A stretch of 64,000 nt of DNA from a virus: the IMG/VR virus record IMGVR_UViG_3300022856_000003. One strand, 5' to 3'. This document shows positions 22,553 through 33,571 of the stretch, in pieces. The translations under genes were made by a program, and so were the position numbers. The stretch's first letter is position 1. Each line of letters begins with the position of its first letter. Below the pieces are notes generated by a model that saw only the letters and a list, made by a program, of their open reading frames with translations, was not told where the DNA came from and did not search any database.

Positions 22553-22855
22553 ATGACCGTCGAACTGAGCAAAGAAGACTTCAACATGCTCATCGTCGGC
22601 GCAGTCCGCTACGCCATCGGACGACAGACCTACGTCGTCCAGGAGACAGTGGATCTGGTGCTACGACACAGAGATTCCATCACCAGGGGCCGCTGCCAGA
22701 TCATCGTGAGGTCCATCCGCGAGGAGGAGAAACGGAGCCGTCTAGGAGGAAGACCCGACACGTACCGGTGGACCCGTCTCGCCGAGGCACTCGAGCAGCC
22801 ACCAAGACCGTCGGACCCTGTCGAAGCCGCGCTGGATGACATCGCGTTCTCTTGA
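22553..22855 (+). CDS. Small hypothetical phage protein (AVRYAIGRQTY) with acidic C-terminal tail
   Basis: ORF in an operon. The motif is recalled from uncharacterised phage proteins. Confidence 0.55.
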   Translation: MTVELSKEDFNMLIVGAVRYAIGRQTYVVQETVDLVLRHRDSITRGRCQIIVRSIREEEKRSRLGGRPDTYRWTRLAEALEQPPRPSDPVEAALDDIAFS

Positions 22856-24208
22856 CAACGGTAACCACTTCGACTAGAGTAGAAATATGCCGCGTGAAAG
22901 CTCCAACGTCCGAATCGCCAACGCAATCAAGCTCCTGGACGACTTCGCCACCGAGGCGTCTTCCACTGATCAGGAGCCCGAGCAAGATGAGTGGTGGGAT
23001 CTCCTGTACGCCGTCCTCAAGGCGCTGAGAGGATGAGCTACCACGTCGAGGAACTCGAGAAGTTCAGCAAGGCCCGAAAGACCGATCAGGACGCTCGATT
23101 CCAGATGGGCCGTAAGTACCAGCTCCTCACGCCGCGAGTGCAGGAGGTCGTGGCGATCTGCCGTGGCATGACAGATCGTCCTCCGAGGGACACTCGGTTC
23201 AAGCTCTGGCGCGTCAAGAAGATGGGCTCCGTCATCGAGGTGCTTCACGAGAGATACTACGGAGAGGGGGTCTACGGTGTGTGCTCGCGTATCCAGTTCC
23301 CCGCCTCCTGGCTCGACATGCCAAGGGATGAGATCAAGGCTGAGATGACTCTCACGCAGCAGAAGATCACCGACTTCGATGACGGTCAGGAAGGCTACCC
23401 AGCCGTCCCAGGGCCTCCGCAACCAGATACCGACCCGGTCGAGGACTTCCTCGACGACCTGATGGAATAGACATGGTTGGACCAAAAGAGCGGTACTCGA
23501 AGCCCATCACGATCTGGTGAGCCGTGGTCGTAGGGTATGGCCCGAAAGGGACGTGCCCGACCGGCAGGTTGCCGGTATTCAGTGTCGAGACCGAAGAGGA
23601 AGCTGAGGCGTTGATCCAGCTCGCCTGTTCGACGAACTACGAAGGCGAGTACATCGCGAAGGAACTGGCGGAAGAGCAGACCATGGAGAACCTCCAGGCA
23701 TTCAGCGACCGACTTGCCGACATCCACGAGAGGTTCTTCGCTCCACGGTGCCCCGCGAAATCGATTTCACCGGATGAGTAGGACCTGCCAGAGGTGTGGC
23801 GACACAGATCCGCCGTCCATCAACACGGTCTGTCAGAACTGCGGGGCTCTCATCCGTGGAAACAGAGTCCGCAATTTTCGATACGTCGTGAGCCAGCAAG
23901 GGAGCCACTGGGTCGCCCGCGTGTTCTCCGGGTACAGAGGGGAAACCTTCGCCGCCCTGGGTGCGCTTACGATGGACAAGACTGACGTGGAGGATCTTCA
24001 CGAGATAGCCAACTACACGCCGTTCATTGAGGTCCAGTTCGCCATAGCTGCGGAGAGGCAACTTGTTAAGATCAGGTACGACAGGGCTGGCCCAAAGAAG
24101 TCCCCTGACTCTTCGATAGAGGCCGAACCTAGTCTCCTCGACATCATCCAGGACACGTAGGCGGCCCGTTGTGCTACTATGCGCTTGTTCAACCGATGTT
24201 GAGGTGAA

Positions 24209-24715
24209 ATGAGCACAGACCCACGACCATCCTGGCTACTCGACGCAAAGCTCAAGGTAGAGCTGGTGCCGCAGACATCCTGGGGCAACAACCTCCGATC
24301 CCTCCTGCGTCGAAAGGACTGGGATAACCTGCGCCGAGAGGCGTACATGAAGGCTGGTCACGTCTGCGAGATCTGCGGAGGCAAGGGTCGAAAGCACCCC
24401 GTCGAATGCCACGAGATCTGGGAGTACGACGACGATGCGAAGATCCAGAAGCTCACTGGGCTCATCGCTCTCTGTCCCGCGTGTCACCGCTGCAAGCACC
24501 CCGGTATGGCCGCAAGGATCGGCCTGATCGCCAACGTGTTCGCTCAGCTCGAGAAAGTGAATGGATGGACCTGGGACCAGGCCCGCGTGAGTCTCGAGCT
24601 TGCCTTTGAACTTCACCGACTCCGCTCGACCGTCCCCTGGACCGTCGACACGGACTGGCTCGGACTCGACGAGCAAGGTGTGACCTTGCTTCGCATGGGG
24701 ACTTCCGGTGAGTGA
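24209..24715 (+). CDS. HNH endonuclease family protein
   Basis: ELVPQTSWGNNLR...W...R...CEICGG...ECHEIWEYD...LIALCPACHRCKH. Confidence 0.75.
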   Translation: MSTDPRPSWLLDAKLKVELVPQTSWGNNLRSLLRRKDWDNLRREAYMKAGHVCEICGGKGRKHPVECHEIWEYDDDAKIQKLTGLIALCPACHRCKHPGMAARIGLIANVFAQLEKVNGWTWDQARVSLELAFELHRLRSTVPWTVDTDWLGLDEQGVTLLRMGTSGE

Positions 24716-25784
24716 TCGTTCCCAAGGCGAGTTCTGGGTCCACCGGAAGTACGCCGAACTCGTCAGCTACATGGTCGACTGCGGCGGATGCGAAGCCGAG
24801 AGCGAGGAGGAATGGCGTCTCCTGGTGTTCGAGCCCGCCTACGGCCAGTTACACGGGGATGCCAACGACGTAGAAGATACCACCGTTGTCCACATCACCC
24901 AGGGAGAGATGGCCGGAGGTGGCTACTCGGTCTCCGAGAGCATGGCTGGTCTAGGCATCCCGTTCCAGCACTACGGGAGCCGCCACTACATGTGGGCTGA
25001 GTACCGTAGTTGCTCTCTCGGCAAGCCAGGAGACTGGGGAAACTACGACTACGAGGGCGGGTACTGCCTGGAGTTCGGCAACGACTCAAAGCCTATCCCT
25101 AAGCATGTGGAGGTCATTGGGGCCTTTCATCACAGATGGCTCAAGATCGGACGCATCAACCTGGGGGCTTACCCCTATGTCCCGAAAGACGGCAGCGTGG
25201 GTGCGTGGTGGTTGAAGTACGTGGTTGAGAGGAAGGTCGAGGAGGCTGAGGCGGCTGAGAACAGTGTCGTCAAGGACATGTCGACTCAGATGGCTCAAGA
25301 GATCGACGCCGACATCATCAAGACGTTGAACGCTGGTTTCCAGAAAACAACGTCCGCGCTCGATGACGCGCAAGAGAAGCTCAAGCAGTTGAAGCTCAAG
25401 AAGGACCTCCTTGCATGGTCGGCGAAGAAGAAGGCCGCGAAGAAGAAGGCTAAGCTCGAGAAGCTCAAGGCGAAGAAGAAGCTCGTTGAGAAGGTCGTTG
25501 AGACGGCCATGGTCCAGAGCATGAAGAAGGACTTCAATATCGACTACTTCTGCGCTTCCTGTGAGGATCTCGGTTGCTTCCAGTGCGCGGAGAGTGAGCC
25601 TGAATCTTCCTGTACCGAATGCGACGGATCGGGTTGCTACGAATGTGAGGATGTCGTCGGGAAGTTCTTGCCGGATGCTGAGAACGGCACGGTCTGTAAG
25701 AAGCATGGCCTCTACGCCTGCTTTTCATGTGTTCCTGGCGCAGTCGAGCCTGATGTTCTGGACATCATCTACAACACGGACTGA
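24708..25784 (+). CDS. Mosaic hypothetical protein with a gp23-like helix, a Lys-rich coil and three Cys clusters
   Basis: ENSVVKDMSTQMAQEIDADIIKTL; KKKAAKKKAKLEKLKAKKK; CASCEDLGCFQC, CTECDGSGCYEC, CKKHGLYACFSC. Confidence 0.6.
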   Translation: MSDRSQGEFWVHRKYAELVSYMVDCGGCEAESEEEWRLLVFEPAYGQLHGDANDVEDTTVVHITQGEMAGGGYSVSESMAGLGIPFQHYGSRHYMWAEYRSCSLGKPGDWGNYDYEGGYCLEFGNDSKPIPKHVEVIGAFHHRWLKIGRINLGAYPYVPKDGSVGAWWLKYVVERKVEEAEAAENSVVKDMSTQMAQEIDADIIKTLNAGFQKTTSALDDAQEKLKQLKLKKDLLAWSAKKKAAKKKAKLEKLKAKKKLVEKVVETAMVQSMKKDFNIDYFCASCEDLGCFQCAESEPESSCTECDGSGCYECEDVVGKFLPDAENGTVCKKHGLYACFSCVPGAVEPDVLDIIYNTD

Positions 25785-26101
25785 AATCGATTTCGCAGGA
25801 CGCCGTCGCGTTGCTACGCGCGACCCGTTGTGATACTCTATCGATGTTCAAACGAATGCCCGTCAAGGTGACGGTGGAGGTGAACAGTGGCTTCTCGACG
25901 ATCTCAATGGAACAACGGAGCTAAGCGGTGCGTACAACGTCACCGTGGAGTTCAGACCCAATCAAACCTTGACGGTAAGAAGGCTCAAGAACGCCTTCAA
26001 GAGCGTCAAGTCCGTGCCGCTGCTCGTCGTGAAATCCGACGTGAGCGATGGTTTCAAGATCTCCTTGAGAGCTTCGAGCGTGAGAGCTTTGGACGACGCT
26101 G

Positions 26102-26533
26102 GTGAGTCAGGCCGACATTCTCAAGAAGCCCTGCCCAGGGTGCCCTTTCTCTCGAAAGACGGATCCGAAGTACCTCAAGTCTCGAGGCGAAGACGTGCGC
26201 CGATTCATCGGACAGTCCGTCGGCCCATTCTTGCTCCCGTGTCACACGTTCGCGGACAAGGAAGACTGGCCTCTCGACGTGGAGCGGCCACAGTGCGTGG
26301 GTGCTGCAATGCACCGAGACCTCATCGGCGTTGCGGACAGTCTCCCAGAACAGCTCACCAGAGCCACAGGTGACGCTGAGGAGGTCTTTGAGTCCTCTGC
26401 CGCGTACATGGCCTATCACGATGGCTGCACCGTCGAGGAGGCCGTAGAGAAGCTCGACAACTATCCTGTGAATCGTCTCTTCTACGACGAGATCGCTCGT
26501 TGTCATCGATCAGGACGAAAGGTGAAGGCATGA
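26102..26533 (+). CDS. DUF6283-like Cys-containing protein
   Basis: KPCPGCPF...PCHT...QCVGA pattern. Confidence 0.5.
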   Translation: MSQADILKKPCPGCPFSRKTDPKYLKSRGEDVRRFIGQSVGPFLLPCHTFADKEDWPLDVERPQCVGAAMHRDLIGVADSLPEQLTRATGDAEEVFESSAAYMAYHDGCTVEEAVEKLDNYPVNRLFYDEIARCHRSGRKVKA

Positions 26534-27628
26534 GCGTCAAGCTGTACGGAGGTCGCATCCGCAGGATGGGCATCACGAACATCCATGCGTGGCAGTTGAA
26601 TCTACAGAAGGCTGCTGACCAGATGACTCAGGCCGCGCGGTTGTTCGCGTATGACTTCGTCTTCAATCAGGCAGTACGTCGTGCAGACCTTCTCGCCTGC
26701 GGTATGCCGTTTCACGGCGAGTTCCCCTGTGCCCCTGACCAGGCTGCATTCCAAGACCCTGCGAATGCATTGAGTCCGTTCAGCGCGGCCTGCGAACTCT
26801 ACCAAAAGCGGGTCGAGAATCTAAAGAAGGGCACACGCGATCCCCTGACGGATCGCTCGATGGAGCTGTGTTGGCACATGCAGATCGACGGGAGCATCCT
26901 GGTCATCCTCTACGGCGAGCGAGATCAGAAAGCGATGGCCACGAAGCTCCTCGGTCTCGATGACTACCACTACCAGAACCAGTCTGATCCCTCGGAGGAC
27001 TGCTCCAAGCAGGAGTGGGCCGAGCGCGGGACAGCATGGTCGACCCTGTTGGACGGATGGAATGCGGCTCCCGCCGCGAGGATGTCCACCTTCCAACTGG
27101 CTCCCCCACCCGAGTTCCTCATCTGGTGGAAGGGTCACCACCCTGAGAACCTGACGTGCGACACGCTTCCCGAGCGACTCCACCAGCTCGCCACCGAGCG
27201 TATCCACCTCGAGCACCCACTCCCGAAGAAGGATGGAGAGACCATCGGCGATTTCGTCGGGAACATGGGTGCCCACATCACCGACATCAAGAGCAGGACG
27301 AAGCCGGGAGGTGATCTCCAGAACCGATGGCTCGAGATCCTCGTTGACTGCAACGAACGCATCCCGGCGGAACCCAGTCTGGAGTGGGTCAAGACGCGAC
27401 GTGCCGCACCCACGGTCGGACCTACGGCGCTCGATGCTGCTCTCGACGAGATTGAGAAGTCGAAGGACTCCTCATGATCGACCGGCTCCATCGCCTCCTG
27501 GGGCTCGCCGTGGTTACGCCCTATGTGGTCGCCTGCGTTCTGTTCGCAGGGGTCGGTGTATGGTTGCTGTCACGACCTGACTCGCACGCAATCACCGTGG
27601 CCTGGTTCAAGTGGTGGGGGTTCTGGAC

Positions 27629-27949
27629 ATGAACAAAATCGAGCATCTCTTGTCTTGTCTCGCGGAGGAATCCGCAGAGGTCGTCCAGGCGGCGATGAAG
27701 ATCCATCGCTTCGGACAGCACGATGGATACCCAGGTACCGACCGCACCAATATCGGTGATCTGGCACATGAACTCGACGACCTCGCCGGGGTAGTGTCCA
27801 TGCTCCGCGCCGAAGGAATTCTGCCGCCCGAGGACCACAACCGGGTGCAGGCAAAGGTGCTCAAGGTCGAGAGGTTCATGGAACACGCACGGAAGACTGG
27901 GGCTTTGGAATGCCACACAACGGACGTAACAGAACCGGAGACTGACTGA
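27629..27949 (+). CDS. MazG-like nucleotide pyrophosphohydrolase
   Basis: LAEESAEVVQAAMKIHRFG...LAHELDDL (EExxE...ExxD). Confidence 0.7.
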   Translation: MNKIEHLLSCLAEESAEVVQAAMKIHRFGQHDGYPGTDRTNIGDLAHELDDLAGVVSMLRAEGILPPEDHNRVQAKVLKVERFMEHARKTGALECHTTDVTEPETD

Positions 27950-28073
27950 TGGTGGAGCCCTACCTTACCGGTGACCCAGAGCCGATAGAGCGCGACTACA
28001 GGCTGATCGATACCGCACTACGTCTGTACGTGTGGGTGATCTGGCTGACAATTCTGTGGCTCGTGTTTTCGTG

Positions 28074-28643
28074 ATGAGGATCGGAATCATCGGGGCAAAA
28101 GGTCACGGCAAGGACTCAATCGCTGACATCCTGATCGACGAGAACGGCTTCCGAAAGGTCGCGTTCGCTGATCCCATGAAGGAGATGCTTCACGTTGGCC
28201 TTGGCATCTCTCGCAAGATTCTCTACGGGCCTGCCGACGTGAAGGAACGGGTTCTCCCGGAGTTCGGTGTGTCGCCGCGACACATGTTGGTGACCCTGGG
28301 GACCGAGTGGGGCCGAAGGCTCATTCATGAAGACCTATGGACCAACATCGCGATGCTCAGGACCCTCCCGCTCTATGAGCTTGAGCATGGTGTTCAGTCT
28401 TGGGTAGCTTCCGACGTGCGCTTTATCAACGAGGCAAAGGCTCTCGTAGAGGCTGGATTCGTCATGTTCAAGGTGGAGCGACCTGGATACGTCACGAAGA
28501 CGGGCGAGCACGCAGGGCATCAGTCGGAGACGGAGCTGAACGACATCGAGTACGACGTGTTGATCAGGAACGATTCCACACTGGAAGATCTGCACGAGAA
28601 GGCTAGGCGAATACTCAAGGCCATGCGACACGCCAACCCTTGA
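28074..28643 (+). CDS. Deoxynucleoside monophosphate kinase
   Basis: IGIIGAKGHGKD, FADPMKE, PRHMLVTLGTEWGR, DVRFINE, HQSE. Confidence 0.9.
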   Translation: MRIGIIGAKGHGKDSIADILIDENGFRKVAFADPMKEMLHVGLGISRKILYGPADVKERVLPEFGVSPRHMLVTLGTEWGRRLIHEDLWTNIAMLRTLPLYELEHGVQSWVASDVRFINEAKALVEAGFVMFKVERPGYVTKTGEHAGHQSETELNDIEYDVLIRNDSTLEDLHEKARRILKAMRHANP

Positions 28644-31600
28644 CTCGCTTTGATTGTTCAGCTACAGTAATTGCGTGACCTCGATCTCCCGCAAGGTGCG
28701 GGACTGGAGATATCGAATGCGCGACTTCTACGCTCGAATCATCAAGAATGCCGCCCGAACCAGCGAGACTCTCAAGTCGGCCCGAGCCTGCCCACAGGTC
28801 GAAGAGGCCGTGTGCTTCCTGAGCGAGTCCGAAGCTGCCGCGATGTTCGAGGAAGCTCGATGAGCGAGCGCAAAGAAGTTCGCATCCTCGGATCTAACAA
28901 GGTCACCCGTTTCAACATGCTGTTCGACGACGGGACAGACCGCCTCGAGTTTGGTACCCGCGCTGGCGGATACATCATCCGAGAGGACTCGATCGAGCGT
29001 GGTGAGACCATCGTTGATGGTTGGCTGACACTCGCGCAGATGGACCTCATCCGCGACAACTTCAAGGCCCTGGCAATGGGCACGATGACTGAGGCAGAAG
29101 CACTCGGCACGGTCGACGATGCTTCCTGAACCACTCAGAACGCTCCAGGATCAGAAGAGGTTCCACGAGGAGATCAAGCGCGCATATCGATGGCTCGATA
29201 TTGATGTGGACCCGAAGGCGGCATGCCTCTACTGGGCGATGGCCACGCTGATCGCGGCTGAACGAAATCGATTGCGCGAAGACTTCGGCTGGGACTTCCA
29301 GCTCCAAGGCGGCACAGCTTCATTCGTTCGCCTTGCTGACGAAGACGACGACGGGCATGAGGACACGCACAACGCCTTCTCCTACGTCTTCGAGGATAGC
29401 CAGGTCACTCGAACCGCTATCCGAGAAGGTCGGCTCCCAGAGATGCACGTCTGGGTCGCCTGTGCGGTCAACGGCGTCATCGTCGATGTGACCACTGGCT
29501 TTCAGCCCGCCCAGTGCCTTGCTCGCGGGAAGATGCCATGGACGGCTCCAAAGCCTCCACCGTTCGTCATGTTCGGTGTGGACGATCCGCCGTCCGGTCT
29601 CTTCTACGCACCCAGTAGACCCGGAACAATCCTGGCGCATGCCTTCGCAGAAGACGCGATGCGCGAGAGGAAGAATCGATGAGTCAAGTACCCATGTACG
29701 CCCACTGCCGAATCCCGAAGGACCTGACCCGTAAGCACTTCGATCTGATGATCGAAGCCTGCGGGAAGATCGATCCGCAGTTGTTCCCTGCGTTGCTTGA
29801 GATCGACCCGAACGGTGGCGACTGGCGAGGAGAACTCGGCGAGGACCATGCAGACGCCACTCTGCGTCGTCGCGACTCGGCTGGTGTCCTGTCGGCTGGA
29901 GACTCCGAGAAGATCAACAAGGAGATCGAGGGTCTCGAGCTTCTCGCGAAGCATCACTTCATCGAGAACACCCTCCGAGGAGCTGTGGACATCTTCATCG
30001 CTCCACGCCTCGACAAGAACCTGGAGCCGCCCGAGTTCACGGGAATCATGGACCCGCTCGACGACGACAAGTGGCTAATCCTCGTGACCGGTGGCATGTC
30101 GAGTGGAGGTCTTCCGAACGAGGACTATGCCTTGCTCTGCATGCTGGCTTTCAGCCACGTCACCCGCGTGGATCTCAAGGAGCTGCTGGCCGACGAGATC
30201 GTCACGGAGTTCGAGATCGGAAGCCCAGGTTGGGATATGGACGGCCTGCTCAACGATGAGGTGGCTCACATCTCGGGCTACGAGGGCGATGGAGTGAACG
30301 ACGAAGGGACGCGAGGCCAGGTGTTCTACCTACTCAACAATGGAGTCGATCGCGAGAAGATCGAGAAGCTCCTGAGCGGTACAGGCTGATGGAGCTGGAT
30401 TCCTTCGCCCCAGGCACCAGCTACGCATACGCCCTGGTGCGTGCGGCTTACCGAGGTAGCTATCCCGGGTCGAGGCTTTCTTGGAGGAAGCTGAATCCAG
30501 CTCTCATGTCCGCACTCAACTTCGCCATCGAACACCAGTTCAAGTTCAAGCTGGGCGAGATCGAGAGCATCTTCAAGAATTTCAACGGCGCATTCTGGTT
30601 CGGTGACCGCGAGTACATCTACACCCGGTCTTGTCGTGTCGGAAATGTGAGTGCAGCCAACTCATACGAGAACTGGGTAGGTAGGAAGCCCTTCCGATGG
30701 GACGGTGCCTCGGAACAAAGGCCATACGACCTGGGAGTGAACCGGCTATGCGTCGGTGCCTACTTCTACGTGGAAAACGAGGAATGGTGCGTGACCTCGT
30801 TCACCGATGATGGTCACAGTGTCAACGTCGTGCAGTACAAGGAGTGCCGGGCTGGCGAGCCTCGTATCAAGAAGGTGAGCCGTCGCTGGTCCATCCCACT
30901 GTCTTTACTCCGTGTGAAGCGGAAGGAAGCCAAGCGTGACGATGAGATCAAGAAGGCCCAAGATGCGATGGAGGTTTCATGAGTACACTCGAAGGCATGT
31001 TGAAGGCCGCGAGGAAGAAGTACCTCGCCAACATCAGTGCTCGATTCGACCTTGAGTTCGAGCGTCTCGAGTGCGTGACGCACGCTTTCAGGCAGCACAG
31101 TCAGAACTACATCGACTTTCAGACCGGCCCCCAGCTCGACATCACCGTGACCATCAGTCGGCCCGAGAGGTTCAGGCCAGGCTCGATCCGAATAGGGCTC
31201 ACAGCCACGGGAGCTGTGGAAACGTGGTGGAACAGCCGCGACGACTTGCCGCTAGTCCATGGGCGCTTGACGATGGAAGCACTTGACCCGATCGAGGTAG
31301 TCGAAGCGGTCCTGACTAAGGTCAGAATCGACCTGCACCATTGAGTGTTCCGAGGCGCATATCCGCGCTCTGTGCCGGTCCGTGATAGCCCTAGACCACA
31401 GCGACGCACACTCGCGCCCCTGAGAACTACAAAGTCTCTACGGGGCTCTACGAGCCTCTACGGAGGTCAGTGTTTTCGACCCGTTTCGTTGCGCTTGTCG
31501 ATGTTCAGTGCTATAGTCATCACATGTCCCACCCCTTATCTCCAGGAAGGTCCTGGATCGAGGTGCAGAGATGACGCCAGAAATTATTCCAGGTTGCTTC

Positions 31601-33220
31601 GTTCAGTCGACCCAGACTTCAAAGTCAAAGGGTCATCTGCCGATGGGCGTGGTAGGGAAGGTCATCAAGATGGCCAACTCGAGCTACGCCGAGAAGTGGT
31701 GGGTCCAGGACATGGACGGCACGAGCTACTGGCCGATGACGAAGTATCTGGCAGTTCTGGACGATCCTGGAGTGTGCTTCTCAACGCCCTGGGAAATCAG
31801 CCAGGGCGAGAGCGAGACGGGGCCTGGGAAGCGGCTCATCTTCACGATGAAGATCTGCTCCGTAAGTCGGTCCGGTGCGGCGGCGAAGGTTCGTATTTCC
31901 GGTATGAACGCATTCAAAGAGATCTGGCTTCCGGTAAGTCAGGTGCCTGCCCTTCAAATCACGGTTCGTGGTGCCACGGTCAATGCGTGGGTTCCAAACT
32001 GGCTCGTCGCGAAGAAGGGCATAGAGAAGTACGCCCAGCTCGCCCCGCCCACGGCACAGTCTGACGAAATCGATTTCATCGAGATGTCGAAAGCCCGTCC
32101 TGTGAAACCGACACTCAGGGAGTTCCTCGAGCCCTATCTTCATCCTGCACAGATGGTGATCACGACAGTGGACGTTGAGTCCTGCCTGGACTTCATGTGC
32201 GAGTAGATCACCCAGACAGACGAGACGCTCGGATCAGGAGACTCCAACTCCGCAATCCGATGATGAAGAAAAAGGACATGTTCTTTGAACGATCGCTCGG
32301 TCATTCCACTGAGATCATGAGGAATCTCCCAAGCGATCTGCCTCGCTGGATGGATGTCCGAATGGCTCTCGCATGGATGATTCTCTATGGCTACGACAAG
32401 CAGAACGATGACTCGAGGGAGCTGGAGGACCTGTTAGCTCAGAAGCTCCAAGAGCTATTGACAAAGCTCGAATGGCCGAATGCTGTTAGGGCTCGACTCA
32501 TAGATCACTTCTTCCAGTTCGATACCAGGCGGCAACGTCGTATGGGAGGTCGTGCCATTCCCATACGGCGGAAGAAGCGCGAGCCAACAGTCGAAGATGT
32601 CATCGGAGAGGCTTTGGACTTCCTGTGTCGGTAGTGCCAGAAGCGGTAGTAGTGCCGGAAGACCATTTCGACACTGTGGATTCACGCAGAGCCCGCGTGG
32701 AACGCATGAGGACCATCAAAAGGCTCAAAGAACGCGGTCACATAGTCATCCATCGTCAAGAGTTCCTCGGTCTTTCCGCGCGCTGCGCTGCTGGGATCTT
32801 GGCGTTCATCCCATCGAACCAAGAGGGTCTCACATCAGTCCGGTCCCTACTCACTGAGGTCATCCTCTATATCTACCTCTACCATCCCCAGGGGAACGAG
32901 ATGGAGCTGCTATACGAGCAACTCCTTCGCGAAGCCTTCGAGAAGTACGAGTGGAAGATGGACAACATCATCGAGACTAGGAGACGACTCCGACAGTTCA
33001 AAAGGACTATGCCCCCGAGGGGCCAACCTATGAAGATGAGCACGCCCGACGAGTTCGTCACTGTCGACGAGTTCATCACGGAAGTATTAGATGCGGTCCT
33101 GTTGGACTGATCTTTCGTCACCCTCTCGCTTGACAACGGCAACCGAACCGATATAATGGGTGTGCGGGACATCCACCGCATCCACCGATTCTCTGCAAGG
33201 TGCAGAGCAGGAGACCCGAA

Positions 33221-33571
33221 ATGCCTACTACGCCCATCAAGAAGCTCTCGATTGTCGCCAAGGTCCGTTCCACACGGAAGGCCAAGCGCATGGACACTCG
33301 ATTCACCGGCAAGATGGGCGTCAAGGGGATCAGTGGTGTCCACTACTACGAAATCACCGTCGTCGGCGGCCAAAGCGTTCCTGAGCGGATGGCATGCTCC
33401 TGCCCCGCACATCGCTTCGGCCGCGCGAAGATCGTTCAGCAGACGGGCATGTGCAAGCACATGCACAAGGTCATCCAGGAGCTTGCTGCCAACCCCGATG
33501 TCAGCCGAACCGAGAACGGCGATGTCATCGTCTACTCCCCCCAGACCATCCGCGCGCTGGCTACCCGATGA
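33221..33571 (+). CDS. SWIM zinc-finger protein
   Basis: YEIT...CSCPAHRF...CKH. Own TTGACA/TATAAT promoter. Confidence 0.7.
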   Translation: MPTTPIKKLSIVAKVRSTRKAKRMDTRFTGKMGVKGISGVHYYEITVVGGQSVPERMACSCPAHRFGRAKIVQQTGMCKHMHKVIQELAANPDVSRTENGDVIVYSPQTIRALATR

